Of a stretch of DNA of 64,000 bases, positions 38,593 through 48,044 are shown piece after piece (position 1 is the stretch's first letter; every line of letters begins with the position of its first letter). The notes under the pieces are model-generated. The model did no database searches. It was not told the DNA's origin and saw nothing but the letters and a program-made list of their open reading frames with translations. Origin of the DNA: an uncultured Campylobacter sp. (lineage in GTDB: Bacteria; Campylobacterota; Campylobacteria; Campylobacterales; Campylobacteraceae); NCBI GenBank assembly GCA_963545665.1, contig CAUUKU010000001.1:8532-72531 (forward strand), written 5' to 3'. The translations under genes were made by a program, and so were the position numbers.

Positions 38593-40050
38593 ATGATAAA
38601 TCAAAATTACTGGAGGCGCGCGCCGATCATCAAAGTAGGCGAGAAGGAGCTTAAAAAGATCCTAGGCATCGATGAGAAGCAAAGCCACGCCAGCATGCTC
38701 GATTTTTTCGAATTTAAAGGAAATGAAAGCCGTTATAAGCTCGATAAAATGGTCGAGGAGATCAACCGCAAGCCTTTAGGCAACCGCGGCGTGCTCGATA
38801 AGGAGATCATCAAAGTAAATGAGCGCGTGAACGTCTTTTACTCGGCGTTTATGGGGGATTACTTTCGCATCGTCCCCGTTAAAAATTCTAAAAACAACGA
38901 ATGGCTTTCGCCGCTGTATCTAGGCGACATAGCCGATCAAAAAGAATCGGACGAGGCGAAAAAGATGGTGGGTATATTCGTATCCTCCATCATCTACGCT
39001 CAAGAAAGCGGCGATTGGACGAGCGCGAATAAGATGCTAAGCTACGTCAAAAAATACCAAGCACAAAACGGCGCAAACCTAATGCCTAGCGAGAGCGCGA
39101 TAAAATATGAAATTTTATTTAATAAGGCTAAAATTTTCAAGCGCCTCTTTCCGATCTACACTATCTCGGGATTTTTGCTTCTAATCTTTATCTTTTTGCG
39201 GATGATGAAACAGGGGCTTCGCTTAGGCGGCGCGTTTAAGCTCGTTTATATCGTAAATATCATCGCTTTCATCGCGCATACCGCGGGCCTTGCGCTACGC
39301 GGCTACGTCTCGGGGCACGCGCCGTGGAGCAACTCCTACGAATCGCTCATCTATATCGCATGGGCGCTGTCTCTAAGCGGAATATTTTTCTCTAAAAAAT
39401 CCGCCATCTCGCTGGCGCTTACTTCGATAATGGCGGGCATAACGCTGATGGTGGCGCATCTTAGCGACATCGATCCGCAGATCACCAACCTCCAGCCAGT
39501 TCTAAAATCGCACTGGCTTACGATCCACGTCTCGGTAATCACCGCGAGCTACGGATTTTTAGGCCTTTGTATGCTGCTTGGAATTTTTACCCTCGTGATG
39601 TTTTTGTTCGACAAGAAAAACCCCGAGATCGCGCGCAATATCGCAGAGGCTACGCATATCAACGAAATGTCGATGATCCTAGGGCTATGCTTGCTGACGG
39701 TGGGCAACTTCCTAGGCGGCGTGTGGGCGAACGAAAGCTGGGGGCGCTACTGGGGCTGGGATCCGAAGGAGACCTGGGCGCTCATTACGATTTTGATCTA
39801 CGCGATCGTCGTGCATTTTAGATTTATGCCAAAGCTCAACAATCAGTTCGCCTTTGCCGTAGCCTCGATGTTCGCGTATTTTAGCGTCATAATGACCTAT
39901 TTCGGCGTAAATTTCTACCTAAGCGGCATGCACTCCTACGCTAGCGGCGAGCGCATCCCCGTGCCTAGCTGGACGTATTTTGCGACGGCTTCGATGGTAG
40001 CTCTTGCGATTGGAGCGTATTTCCGCTCGGGTAAAGCAGCCAAGCTATAG
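38593..40050 (+). CDS. ccsA: CcsA-like C-terminal part of cytochrome c synthase, in the same reading frame as the upstream ccsB part
   Basis: The tryptophan-rich WWD motif WANESWGRYWGWDPKETWAL is present, with multiple TM helices. The first ATG after the second in-frame TAG is at 38593. Confidence 0.8.
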   Translation: MINQNYWRRAPIIKVGEKELKKILGIDEKQSHASMLDFFEFKGNESRYKLDKMVEEINRKPLGNRGVLDKEIIKVNERVNVFYSAFMGDYFRIVPVKNSKNNEWLSPLYLGDIADQKESDEAKKMVGIFVSSIIYAQESGDWTSANKMLSYVKKYQAQNGANLMPSESAIKYEILFNKAKIFKRLFPIYTISGFLLLIFIFLRMMKQGLRLGGAFKLVYIVNIIAFIAHTAGLALRGYVSGHAPWSNSYESLIYIAWALSLSGIFFSKKSAISLALTSIMAGITLMVAHLSDIDPQITNLQPVLKSHWLTIHVSVITASYGFLGLCMLLGIFTLVMFLFDKKNPEIARNIAEATHINEMSMILGLCLLTVGNFLGGVWANESWGRYWGWDPKETWALITILIYAIVVHFRFMPKLNNQFAFAVASMFAYFSVIMTYFGVNFYLSGMHSYASGERIPVPSWTYFATASMVALAIGAYFRSGKAAKL

Positions 40051-40917
40051 CGCTACGGAACAGCGAGGCTTCTCCTCGTCTCCGTTTTATCTGCGACGCT
40101 AGTGCGCCGCGGGGATAAAGCTTGACGTCCGAGCCGCTTGCGTCGATATACGCGCCGCGCCAAAGCGTGCGGAGAATTTTAGAGCGCGGGAGACTGTATG
40201 GCGGAGAGCCTCTCTGCGCGATCTATAGAGCAATCCTGCTGGCTGCGATATTGCGTCTGCCTTGCGGCGGCTAGCAAGACGAGGCTTTAAGAGCGCCTCT
40301 GCGCCGTCTCGTCCGTGCCGCTCATATGCCGCAGATGATGAAATTTAGCGCTCACGCCGATACTATTTCGCGCGCTCGTTTCGGTTTAAAATTTAAAGCG
40401 TCAAATTTAGCGGTGTGTGCGCCGTATTAAATTTTAAAATTTCAAATTTTGTGCCGCGCGGCGTCGGGTGCCTCGGCGTAATCGCTCGCGCGACCCTGCG
40501 CTAAATTTTATGCGACATGGGATAAATTTCAATCCGCCTCATTGCGCCCAAGCGTATAAATTTCAACGCGAGCGGTTAAAATTTAGCCCCGTTGCCGCGC
40601 ATCGATGCGGCGTACGGAAGCGCTCGATTTAACGAGCGGATCGATCGTACGCAGCTAGCCGTCATGTCGCAAAATACGCTACGATACGCGCCGCGTCCCG
40701 CACGCTGCGTATCGTCGTGCGACGGCGCATCACGCAAGCGCGCTGCGTAAATTTCACCGCGCAAGCTCGCTTCGGCGCTCCGCCAGGCTCATTAAAGAAA
40801 GCTTAAAATTCCGTTTTAGGCAGATCGATTAAGTAAAATTTCTATTTACAATCATATAGTTTTAATCTTTCTTTGGCTAGAATTGAAATTTTAAAAATTT
40901 ACTTCGAAAGGATAAGG

Positions 40918-41424
40918 ATGTCTACTTTGAAACAAGATAGACGAAGCTTTATCGGACTGAGCTTCGGCGCGGTCGCTGCCGTGGGCGGCGTTTTTGCGCT
41001 GGGCGGCATGAAAAAGTCGTGGGATCCGCTTCCTAGCGTGCGCGCCGCGGGCGTAACGACGATCGATCTTAGTCCGATCAAAGAGGGCGAGCTACATCAG
41101 ACGCAGTGGCGCAAAAAACCCGTTTTCATACTTAAAAAGACTGCCGAAATGCCCAAAAACGACGCTCGCGACGTAGTCGTAGGAGAGGCGAGATATACGC
41201 TTTGCATCGGGCTTTGCACGCATTTAGGCTGTATTCCCTACTACAAGCCGTCGACTCAACAATTCATCTGCGCATGTCACGCCGGAATTTTCGATGCCGA
41301 CGGGATAAACGTATTCGGTCCGCCGCCGCGCCCGATGGATATACCGCCCTTTAAAATCGACGGAACGAAGCTCGTGCTGGGCGAAGAGGGCCCCGAATAC
41401 CAAGCCCTAAAGCAGAAAGCATAG
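40918..41424 (+). CDS. petA: ubiquinol-cytochrome c reductase, Rieske 2Fe-2S subunit
   Basis: The start is trimmed to MSTLKQDRRSFIG (a Tat motif) with a GGATAAGG RBS. It has the CTHLGC and CACH Rieske boxes. Confidence 0.92.
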   Translation: MSTLKQDRRSFIGLSFGAVAAVGGVFALGGMKKSWDPLPSVRAAGVTTIDLSPIKEGELHQTQWRKKPVFILKKTAEMPKNDARDVVVGEARYTLCIGLCTHLGCIPYYKPSTQQFICACHAGIFDADGINVFGPPPRPMDIPPFKIDGTKLVLGEEGPEYQALKQKA

Positions 41425-41433
41425 GAGGCGCAG

Positions 41434-42693
41434 ATGGCACATATCAGAAAAGCTACGGGGATTTGGGATTGGTTCGATCAAAGATTGGCCGTGACGAAAT
41501 TTTTCAAAGTGATGGTAAGCGAATATTGGATACCTAAAAATATCAGCTTCCTTTGGGCGATGGGCGTGATTTTGATGACGCTATTTATCGTTTTGTTCGT
41601 TAGCGGTCTGCTGCTAGTGATGTATTATAAGCCGGACGTAAATTTGGCCTTCGATAGCGTAAATTTCACGATTATGAAAGAGGTCGAATACGGCTGGCTA
41701 TGGCGTCATATCCACGCGGTATCGGCATCGGTGGTGTTTTTGATCATCTACATCCACACGCTGGTGGGTATCTATTACAGATCCTACAAGCAGGGGCGAG
41801 AGATGATCTGGATCAGCGGCATGCTTCTTTTCATCATCTTTTCGGCGGAGGCTTTCAGCGGATATATGCTTCCTTGGGGGCAGATGAGCTACTGGGCGGC
41901 GATGGTTATTACGAATTTATTCGGCGGAATTCCGGTAGTGGGCGACGCGATAGTCGAGTGGATTCGCGGCGATTACGCCGTAAGCGATCCGACGCTAACG
42001 CGATTTTTTATGCTTCACGTCTGCTTGCTACCGATCGTCACGATCGCGGTTTTGGCACTGCATTTTTACGCGCTTAGATTTCCGCACGTCAATAATTTAG
42101 ACGGCGAGGAGATCGATTTTGAGCTAGAGGGCGAGAAGTACCTGCAAGGCAAGATGAATGAGAGCAAGGTAATTCCGTTTTGGCCCGGCTTTTTGGCGAA
42201 GGACTTTTTATACGTCAGCATCTTTATGATATTTTTCTTTTATCTAGTGGGCTTTCATTTTGATTTTGCGATGGATCCGATAAATTTTGAGCCGGCAAAT
42301 AGCCTCAAAACCCCGACGCACATCTATCCGGAGTGGTACTTCCTCTGGGAGTATGAAATTCTACGCGGATTTTTCTTCGACGTAGGACCGCTTAAGGCTG
42401 CCGACATCGGGCTTATCGCTTTTGCGTTTGCCGGAGTTTCGCTATTTTTTATCCCGCTATTTGATCGCAGTAGCGTAGTGGCGCCCGCGCACAAAAACAA
42501 AGCGTTTTTCATTTGGTTCTGGGTTTTAGTAATCGATATGATCCTGCTTAGCCTCTTCGGTAAGCTTCCCGCAGACGGCGCGGAGCTCGGTATCGAAAAT
42601 AAATACTGGGGCTTTGGCTTATCGATCATCTATATCGGTCTGCTCGTCGTAGCGCTTCCATTGATTACGATCGCGGAAAGAAAGAGAGGCTAG
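41434..42693 (+). CDS. petB: ubiquinol-cytochrome c reductase, cytochrome b subunit
   Basis: 419 aa polytopic protein with conserved His pairs (WRHIHAVSAS..., FFMLHVCLLP) and a PEWYFL motif. Confidence 0.95.
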   Translation: MAHIRKATGIWDWFDQRLAVTKFFKVMVSEYWIPKNISFLWAMGVILMTLFIVLFVSGLLLVMYYKPDVNLAFDSVNFTIMKEVEYGWLWRHIHAVSASVVFLIIYIHTLVGIYYRSYKQGREMIWISGMLLFIIFSAEAFSGYMLPWGQMSYWAAMVITNLFGGIPVVGDAIVEWIRGDYAVSDPTLTRFFMLHVCLLPIVTIAVLALHFYALRFPHVNNLDGEEIDFELEGEKYLQGKMNESKVIPFWPGFLAKDFLYVSIFMIFFFYLVGFHFDFAMDPINFEPANSLKTPTHIYPEWYFLWEYEILRGFFFDVGPLKAADIGLIAFAFAGVSLFFIPLFDRSSVVAPAHKNKAFFIWFWVLVIDMILLSLFGKLPADGAELGIENKYWGFGLSIIYIGLLVVALPLITIAERKRG

Positions 42694-42695
42694 CC

Positions 42696-43799
42696 ATGAA
42701 AGAGATAAGAACCCTGATCTTAGTGCTTTTTTGCGTAGGAATTTTATACTGGTTTATCGAGCCTTACGCACACAGCAAGCTTCATCCGCATGTAAGCCCC
42801 GTAAATTACGACTTCGCAGCAGGCGATATAGCGCTGGCCGCTCACGATGTCGAGGCTGCTAAAAAGGCACTACAAAGCGCCGAGAAAGGCGGCGATCAGA
42901 CGATGATCAAAAATGCGCAAAAAACGCTTGCCGCGGCAAAAGATCAACAGGACAAAGTCACGCTTTTTTGGAACGATGTAGACAAGATCGATCTTAGCAA
43001 GGGTGATGCCGTACGCGGCGCGGAGACCTTTACCAATGCAGGCTGTACCGCTTGCCACGGCGTAGAGATCGTTTCGATCCCTGCGCCTATGGACGCACAG
43101 GCCGCATCCCAGGCTTTCGGCGTCAATCCGCCCGATCTAAGTAGCGCGGGATATATCTACACCGATAAATTTTTAGCGGCTTTCATAAAAGACCCCGTCA
43201 TGGCGGTCAAGCTAAATCATAAATTCGGCGACGAGACGCCGTATCCGATGACGCCGTTTGCAGGCGCGGGCGGGGAGCTAGATCAAGAGATCGCAGACAT
43301 CGTGGCGTATCTAAAATCGATCGCGCCGGACGAAGACAAGCTCATCGCCGGGCGCACCGCCGCGGCGGGCGTCAAAGCGGATGCAAATTTAACGCAGGCT
43401 CAGAAGGAATTTTTCCTAAGTAAAGCGGTGTTTGAAGACGCCTGCGTAAGATGCCACGACGTGAAATACGACAAGCTGCTAACGCAAGGCGACAAGGCTA
43501 GCGTGGCAAACTACATGGGCTCGACGCCGCCTGATCTGTCGATGAGTATAAGATCGAAAAAAGCGAGCTATCTGCACGAGTTTATCAACGATACGCAAAA
43601 GATGCTACCGGGCACCGCAATGCCGCGCGTGGGGCTAAACGAGCGGGCCGAAAAGCAAGTCGTCGCGTATATGCAAGCAGTCGGCGATAGTAAAAAAGAT
43701 GAGCGCGAAAGCACCGCCGTAAATATCATGATCTACTTTTTGATACTATCAGTCTTCGCAGGGCTTTGGAAGAACAAAATCTGGTCGAAGCTACATTAA
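42696..43799 (+). CDS. petC: ubiquinol-cytochrome c reductase, dihaem cytochrome c1 subunit
   Basis: 367 aa with two CxxCH motifs (CTACH, CVRCH) and a C-terminal TM anchor. It is the third gene of petABC. Confidence 0.9.
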   Translation: MKEIRTLILVLFCVGILYWFIEPYAHSKLHPHVSPVNYDFAAGDIALAAHDVEAAKKALQSAEKGGDQTMIKNAQKTLAAAKDQQDKVTLFWNDVDKIDLSKGDAVRGAETFTNAGCTACHGVEIVSIPAPMDAQAASQAFGVNPPDLSSAGYIYTDKFLAAFIKDPVMAVKLNHKFGDETPYPMTPFAGAGGELDQEIADIVAYLKSIAPDEDKLIAGRTAAAGVKADANLTQAQKEFFLSKAVFEDACVRCHDVKYDKLLTQGDKASVANYMGSTPPDLSMSIRSKKASYLHEFINDTQKMLPGTAMPRVGLNERAEKQVVAYMQAVGDSKKDERESTAVNIMIYFLILSVFAGLWKNKIWSKLH

Positions 43800-43805
43800 A
43801 ATTTT

Positions 43806-43836
43806 AGTAGTCGGTTAAAATCCGACTACTACTTTA
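43806..43836 (+). terminator. candidate Rho-independent terminator after petC
   Basis: AGTAGTCGG-ttaaaat-CCGACTACT forms a 9-bp perfect stem 7 nt past the stop, followed by ACTTTAAATT, a weak U-tract. Confidence 0.5.
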
Positions 43837-43911
43837 AATTCCGCTATATCTACGTTTGGTAGAATTTCATCTATCAAGATACTCGCGCAGTTGAGAATTT
43901 GGCCTCTTCGC

Positions 43912-43965
43912 GATTTTATGATAACCGCTTTTTTTATTACTTCTTAAGATTTTTATACATATAAT
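43912..43965 (+). promoter_or_regulatory. candidate promoter region of the ftr1-p19 operon: a Fur-box-like GATTTTATGATAACC and a TATAAT -10 box
   Basis: TATAAT lies at 43960-43965, about 50 nt upstream of the ATG. ATGATAAC at 43918-43925 resembles a half Fur box. The C. jejuni p19 operon is known to be Fur/iron regulated. This is a motif match only. Confidence 0.25.
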
Positions 43966-44016
43966 TACTGTTCAATTTTGAAATTTAATATAAAATTTAA
44001 GACAAGAGGATTTTAA

Positions 44017-45966
44017 ATGAAGTTCTTAAAAATGGCGATTTTACTGCTTGTGATTCCTTTTACCGTACTCTTTGCGCAGATTGATTATGCCGCTGAAGCA
44101 GAAGCGATCGATAAAATTTTTACCGACGTGATTAAGCTTTATAAAGACGGCAACAACACCGAGGCAAGACAGCTTACGCAACAGGCATACTTCGGGCATT
44201 TCGAAAATTTAGAAGCCGGCATCCGTATAAATTTAGGACAGAAAAAATCCTACGACATGGAGAAGCAGTTCGGCGACATCAGAAAAGCGATCAAGGCCGA
44301 AAAGCCGGTGGAGGAGATACTGTCCATGATGGATAATCTGCGCGCCGAGATCAAGGAGGTTTTGCCGCAAATCGAAGCCGGTCATAGGCTAGTAGCCGAA
44401 AAGACCGAAGACGGCGGATTGGGCGCTGCAGGGATGAATAGCGCGCCGAATGACGCGAGTGGCGGTGCAGGCACGCAAGGCTCGCCGTGGACTAGCGTCT
44501 ATAACGACATCTCCGCGCAGCTAAATTTAACCAAAGACGCATACGCAAAAAAAGACGTAGATTCGATGAAATCGGCGATGAATAAAGCAAAATTCGATCT
44601 ATATCGCAACAAACAGCTAGAAATCGCTATCAGGAAATATGCCTCGGCGCAGATGGATCAGATGATACAGCAGATTATGGGCAACATCCTAAGCGAAAAT
44701 CTAAATTTAAGTCCGGAAAAGCTCGATCAATCGCTAAAAGATTTAAACGATCTGATTTTAACGGCGGTCGGTCAGCTGCCTAGCGATTCGTATTCTTTAG
44801 CGCCGGCGCAAGCAGTCGCCGCAAACGGCGAAGAGGACGCTAAGGACTTCGCGCCGGTGGTTCAAAACATCAAAGACAAAATGGCTGCGGTGCTAAAACT
44901 ATATGACGAAGGGAAGATCGCGGATGCTATTAGCGATTCCAGCGACATCTACTTCGACGAATACGAAGCCAGCGGCATGGAAAATATCGTAGGCGCCAAA
45001 GACGTGCAGCTAAAAACGCAGACCGAAGCGAGCTTTAGTAGAATCATCTCTTTGATGCAGAGCAAGGCAAGCCGCGACGAAATACTAGCGGTGCAGAATA
45101 AGCTATTTTCGCAACTAGAGCAAAGCCTAGAGCTTACTAAAAAATCGAGCGACTGGGATCTGTTTTTATACGCGCTCATCATCATTTTGCGAGAGGGTTT
45201 TGAGGCGCTGATCATCGTCGCAGCGGTCATCGCATATCTGATCAAATCCGGCAATAGCAACCGCCTGGGCATCGTCTATAGCGCGCTAGGCGTGGCAGTC
45301 GCTTTAAGTATCGCGACCGCATATGGGATCAAGCAAATTTTCGGCGCGCAGATGGCGGGGCAGAGCCGTGAAATTTTAGAAGGCGCGGTCATGCTAATAG
45401 CCGTGCTGCTTCTATTTTACGTCGGCTTTTGGCTGCTTTCGAACGCGGGCTCGAAAAAATGGTCGCACTACATCCAGGGTCAAATTTCAAGCAGTCTAAG
45501 CAGCGGCGATAGCAAGATGCTGTGGTGGACGGTATTTTTAGCGGTTTACCGCGAGGGCGCGGAGACGGTGCTTTTTTACATAGCGCTGATATTCGACGCG
45601 AAAACCTCAAGCGCGCTAAGCATGGTGGGGCTCGGCTTCGTAGCGGGACTGATACTGCTCATAATCGTTTATTTCGTCATTAAATTTTTCTCGCTTAAGA
45701 TCGCTATTAAGCCGTTTTTTATCATCACTTCGATCATTATATTTTACATGTCGATCGTATTCGTCGGCAAGGGAGTGATGGAGCTCGTAGAGGGCAAGCT
45801 TTTCGTACCTACGAACGTCAGCGGCTTCCCGACCGTTACGTGGCTCGGACTTTATCCTTACGTGGAGAGTTTGGTGCCGCAGGCGATCTTGATCCTGCTT
45901 TTGATCGTAGGAATTTTTATACTCAAAAAAAGAGAATCAAATTTCAATAAAGGAGAGAAAATATGA
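44017..45966 (+). CDS. ftr1: FTR1-family high-affinity iron permease with a long N-terminal periplasmic domain
   Basis: 649 aa with two REGxE motifs (ILREGFEAL, VYREGAETV) in the C-terminal 7-TM region. It is translationally coupled (ATGA) to p19, as in Cj1658-Cj1659. Confidence 0.92.
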   Translation: MKFLKMAILLLVIPFTVLFAQIDYAAEAEAIDKIFTDVIKLYKDGNNTEARQLTQQAYFGHFENLEAGIRINLGQKKSYDMEKQFGDIRKAIKAEKPVEEILSMMDNLRAEIKEVLPQIEAGHRLVAEKTEDGGLGAAGMNSAPNDASGGAGTQGSPWTSVYNDISAQLNLTKDAYAKKDVDSMKSAMNKAKFDLYRNKQLEIAIRKYASAQMDQMIQQIMGNILSENLNLSPEKLDQSLKDLNDLILTAVGQLPSDSYSLAPAQAVAANGEEDAKDFAPVVQNIKDKMAAVLKLYDEGKIADAISDSSDIYFDEYEASGMENIVGAKDVQLKTQTEASFSRIISLMQSKASRDEILAVQNKLFSQLEQSLELTKKSSDWDLFLYALIIILREGFEALIIVAAVIAYLIKSGNSNRLGIVYSALGVAVALSIATAYGIKQIFGAQMAGQSREILEGAVMLIAVLLLFYVGFWLLSNAGSKKWSHYIQGQISSSLSSGDSKMLWWTVFLAVYREGAETVLFYIALIFDAKTSSALSMVGLGFVAGLILLIIVYFVIKFFSLKIAIKPFFIITSIIIFYMSIVFVGKGVMELVEGKLFVPTNVSGFPTVTWLGLYPYVESLVPQAILILLLIVGIFILKKRESNFNKGEKI

Positions 45967-46484
45967 AAAAGATATTTTCAGGTATGTTGGCTTTGAGCCT
46001 TGCTTCAGTTTTTGCTACGGCAGGCGAGCAACCGATCGGCGAACCCGTCGAGATGAACGGCATGGAGATCGCTGCGGTTTATCTTCAGCCGATCGATATG
46101 GAGCCTAAAGGTATCGATCTAGCGCCTAGCCTAGCCGATATCCACCTCGAAGCCGATATCCACGCTATCAAAGGCAATGCAAACGGATTTGGCGAGGGCG
46201 AGTGGATGCCTTATCTAAAAGTCTCTTACACGCTAAAAAACCTCGACAACGGCAAGGTTAAAAAAGGAACGTTCATGCCGATGGTCGCTAGCGATGGTCC
46301 TCACTACGGCGCAAATATAAAAATGGACGCGGGCGTGGGTAACTACGAGCTGATCTATCATATCGACAATCCTAGCACTCAAGGATTTGGTCGCCATGCC
46401 GATAAAGCGACCGGCGTAGGCAAATGGTGGGCTCCGTTTGACGTCAAATATACGTTCAAATACACCGGCGCTCCAAAAGAGTAA
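45963..46484 (+). CDS. p19: periplasmic iron/copper-binding protein P19
   Basis: 173 aa with a close match to my memory of C. jejuni P19 (GMEIAAVYLQPI.MEP.GIDLA.SLADIHLEADIHA..., MPMVA.DGPHYGANI, GVGKW). Confidence 0.93.
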   Translation: MKKIFSGMLALSLASVFATAGEQPIGEPVEMNGMEIAAVYLQPIDMEPKGIDLAPSLADIHLEADIHAIKGNANGFGEGEWMPYLKVSYTLKNLDNGKVKKGTFMPMVASDGPHYGANIKMDAGVGNYELIYHIDNPSTQGFGRHADKATGVGKWWAPFDVKYTFKYTGAPKE

Positions 46485-46488
46485 TCTA

Positions 46489-46516
46489 AAATTTCGCCGA
46501 TTTTTCGGCGAAATTT
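46489..46516 (+). terminator. hairpin after p19, a candidate terminator/attenuator
   Basis: AAATTTCGCCGA-tttt-TCGGCGAAATTT forms a 12-bp perfect stem starting 5 nt after the p19 stop. Confidence 0.55.
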
Positions 46517-46670
46517 CTAAATTTTCGGTCAAATTTAGGCTCTAAATTTAACGCTGCGGCTCGCTGTAGCGATTTATCGAGCCTAGGGCGGGAGCTGCGG
46601 CAAACGCAGCCGTTAAATTTACAAAAATATTTGTGTTTTGAAATGTTTTCGTAAATTTATAAGGTTTCGT

Positions 46671-48044
46671 ATGAGTATATTTTTCTATCAAGCAGCACTG
46701 GCCCTCTTCCCGCTTTGTTTGGCGCTATCTTTTATCCAAACGAGAGATCACTTAAAAGCCGTCTTTCTGCCCGCGATCTGCGGTATCATTTTCGGCTTCA
46801 TGTGCTTTGGGCTCTTTGCGATTTCAGCGCAGACGAGCGAGGCTAAAATTTTCTTCTACGCCCTTTGCATCGCATCATTGGCGGCTTTGCCCATTAGCCT
46901 TAAGCTTAAAAATTTCTACTTCCTAGCGGTAGTTTCATTTCTGCTTGCCGTCTGCTACGGCTTTGATTATCGCCTCATCAGTATGAATTTTAAAATTTTT
47001 GCGGGCGAGCTATTAGACAGCCTTAGCCTTACGAATTTATTCATGCTTTGCCTTGCGTTTTCGATTTTAACGCTCCTTTATTTCATACTAAAGCTACTCT
47101 TGCGGCGCATAGACGCAAAAATAAAATCATGCTTTTTCATCCTCGTTTGCGTAGCGCTGATCTTAGATAGGCTCGGCTTTTTAGGCCTTAGTTTGATGCA
47201 AGAAGGCCACATAAAGACCTATTCGGAGCTGCTCTCCGTCATCGCAAAGGCGATCTATTACGACAGCTTTTTGCCGATCATTTTTTCTATCGTAGCGCTT
47301 ATTTTAGCGGCGATTTCGCTGAAACAAATTCCAAGTCCGAGCGCGCGAGAAGGCGGCGTGATAAAATTTAGACAAAACAAGGCGCTTAGGTTTTGCGCGT
47401 TTAGAGAGTTTTTTATCGTTTTGATTTTGGGCTTTATACTTAGCGGATTTAGCCTCTATTTTATTTTAGTCGCTTCAAAGCCGCCCAAAATCGACGAGCC
47501 TACGATCGTAGAGCCGGTAAATTCCGAGTTTAAATTCGACGCTAGCTTGGTGCTTGATAATAAGCTCCACCGCTTCGCCTACGTCACGGACGACGGGCAC
47601 AAGGTGCGGTTTTTCCTGCTCAACCGCTTTGCGGACAAACTTGCGCCCGTAGCGGTTTTTGACGCGTGCAGTATCTGCGGCGATATGGGCTATGTTAAAA
47701 AAGAAGACGAGCTCATCTGCATCGCATGCAACGTGCGGATCTTTTTGCCGAGCGTCGGCAAGCCGGGCGGGTGCAATCCGATCCCGTTTGACTATAAATT
47801 CGACGGTAAGTCTATCACCATCGCGCTTAAGACGATCGAGGACGGCGCGTCGTTTTTCAGCGAGATCGTAGAAAAAGAGGTAACCGATCCCGTCAGCCGC
47901 AAAAAGATCAAAAATAGCTCCAAATTTACCTATCTTTACTACGGCAGAAATTACTATTTCGAAAACGAAGCCAACGAAGCGGAGTTTATAAAAAATCCCG
48001 AAATTTACGTGACTACCGAAGGCGTGCTAAAGGAGCTTAAATAA
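46671..48044 (+). CDS. membrane protein of the P19 locus (Cj1660-like, DUF2318-type Cys-rich C-terminal domain)
   Basis: The start is placed at an ATG with an AAGG RBS (MSIFFYQ...). The N-terminal half is polytopic and the C-terminal half contains CSICGDMGY...CIACNVRIF...GGCNP. Its position matches Cj1660. Confidence 0.8.
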   Translation: MSIFFYQAALALFPLCLALSFIQTRDHLKAVFLPAICGIIFGFMCFGLFAISAQTSEAKIFFYALCIASLAALPISLKLKNFYFLAVVSFLLAVCYGFDYRLISMNFKIFAGELLDSLSLTNLFMLCLAFSILTLLYFILKLLLRRIDAKIKSCFFILVCVALILDRLGFLGLSLMQEGHIKTYSELLSVIAKAIYYDSFLPIIFSIVALILAAISLKQIPSPSAREGGVIKFRQNKALRFCAFREFFIVLILGFILSGFSLYFILVASKPPKIDEPTIVEPVNSEFKFDASLVLDNKLHRFAYVTDDGHKVRFFLLNRFADKLAPVAVFDACSICGDMGYVKKEDELICIACNVRIFLPSVGKPGGCNPIPFDYKFDGKSITIALKTIEDGASFFSEIVEKEVTDPVSRKKIKNSSKFTYLYYGRNYYFENEANEAEFIKNPEIYVTTEGVLKELK

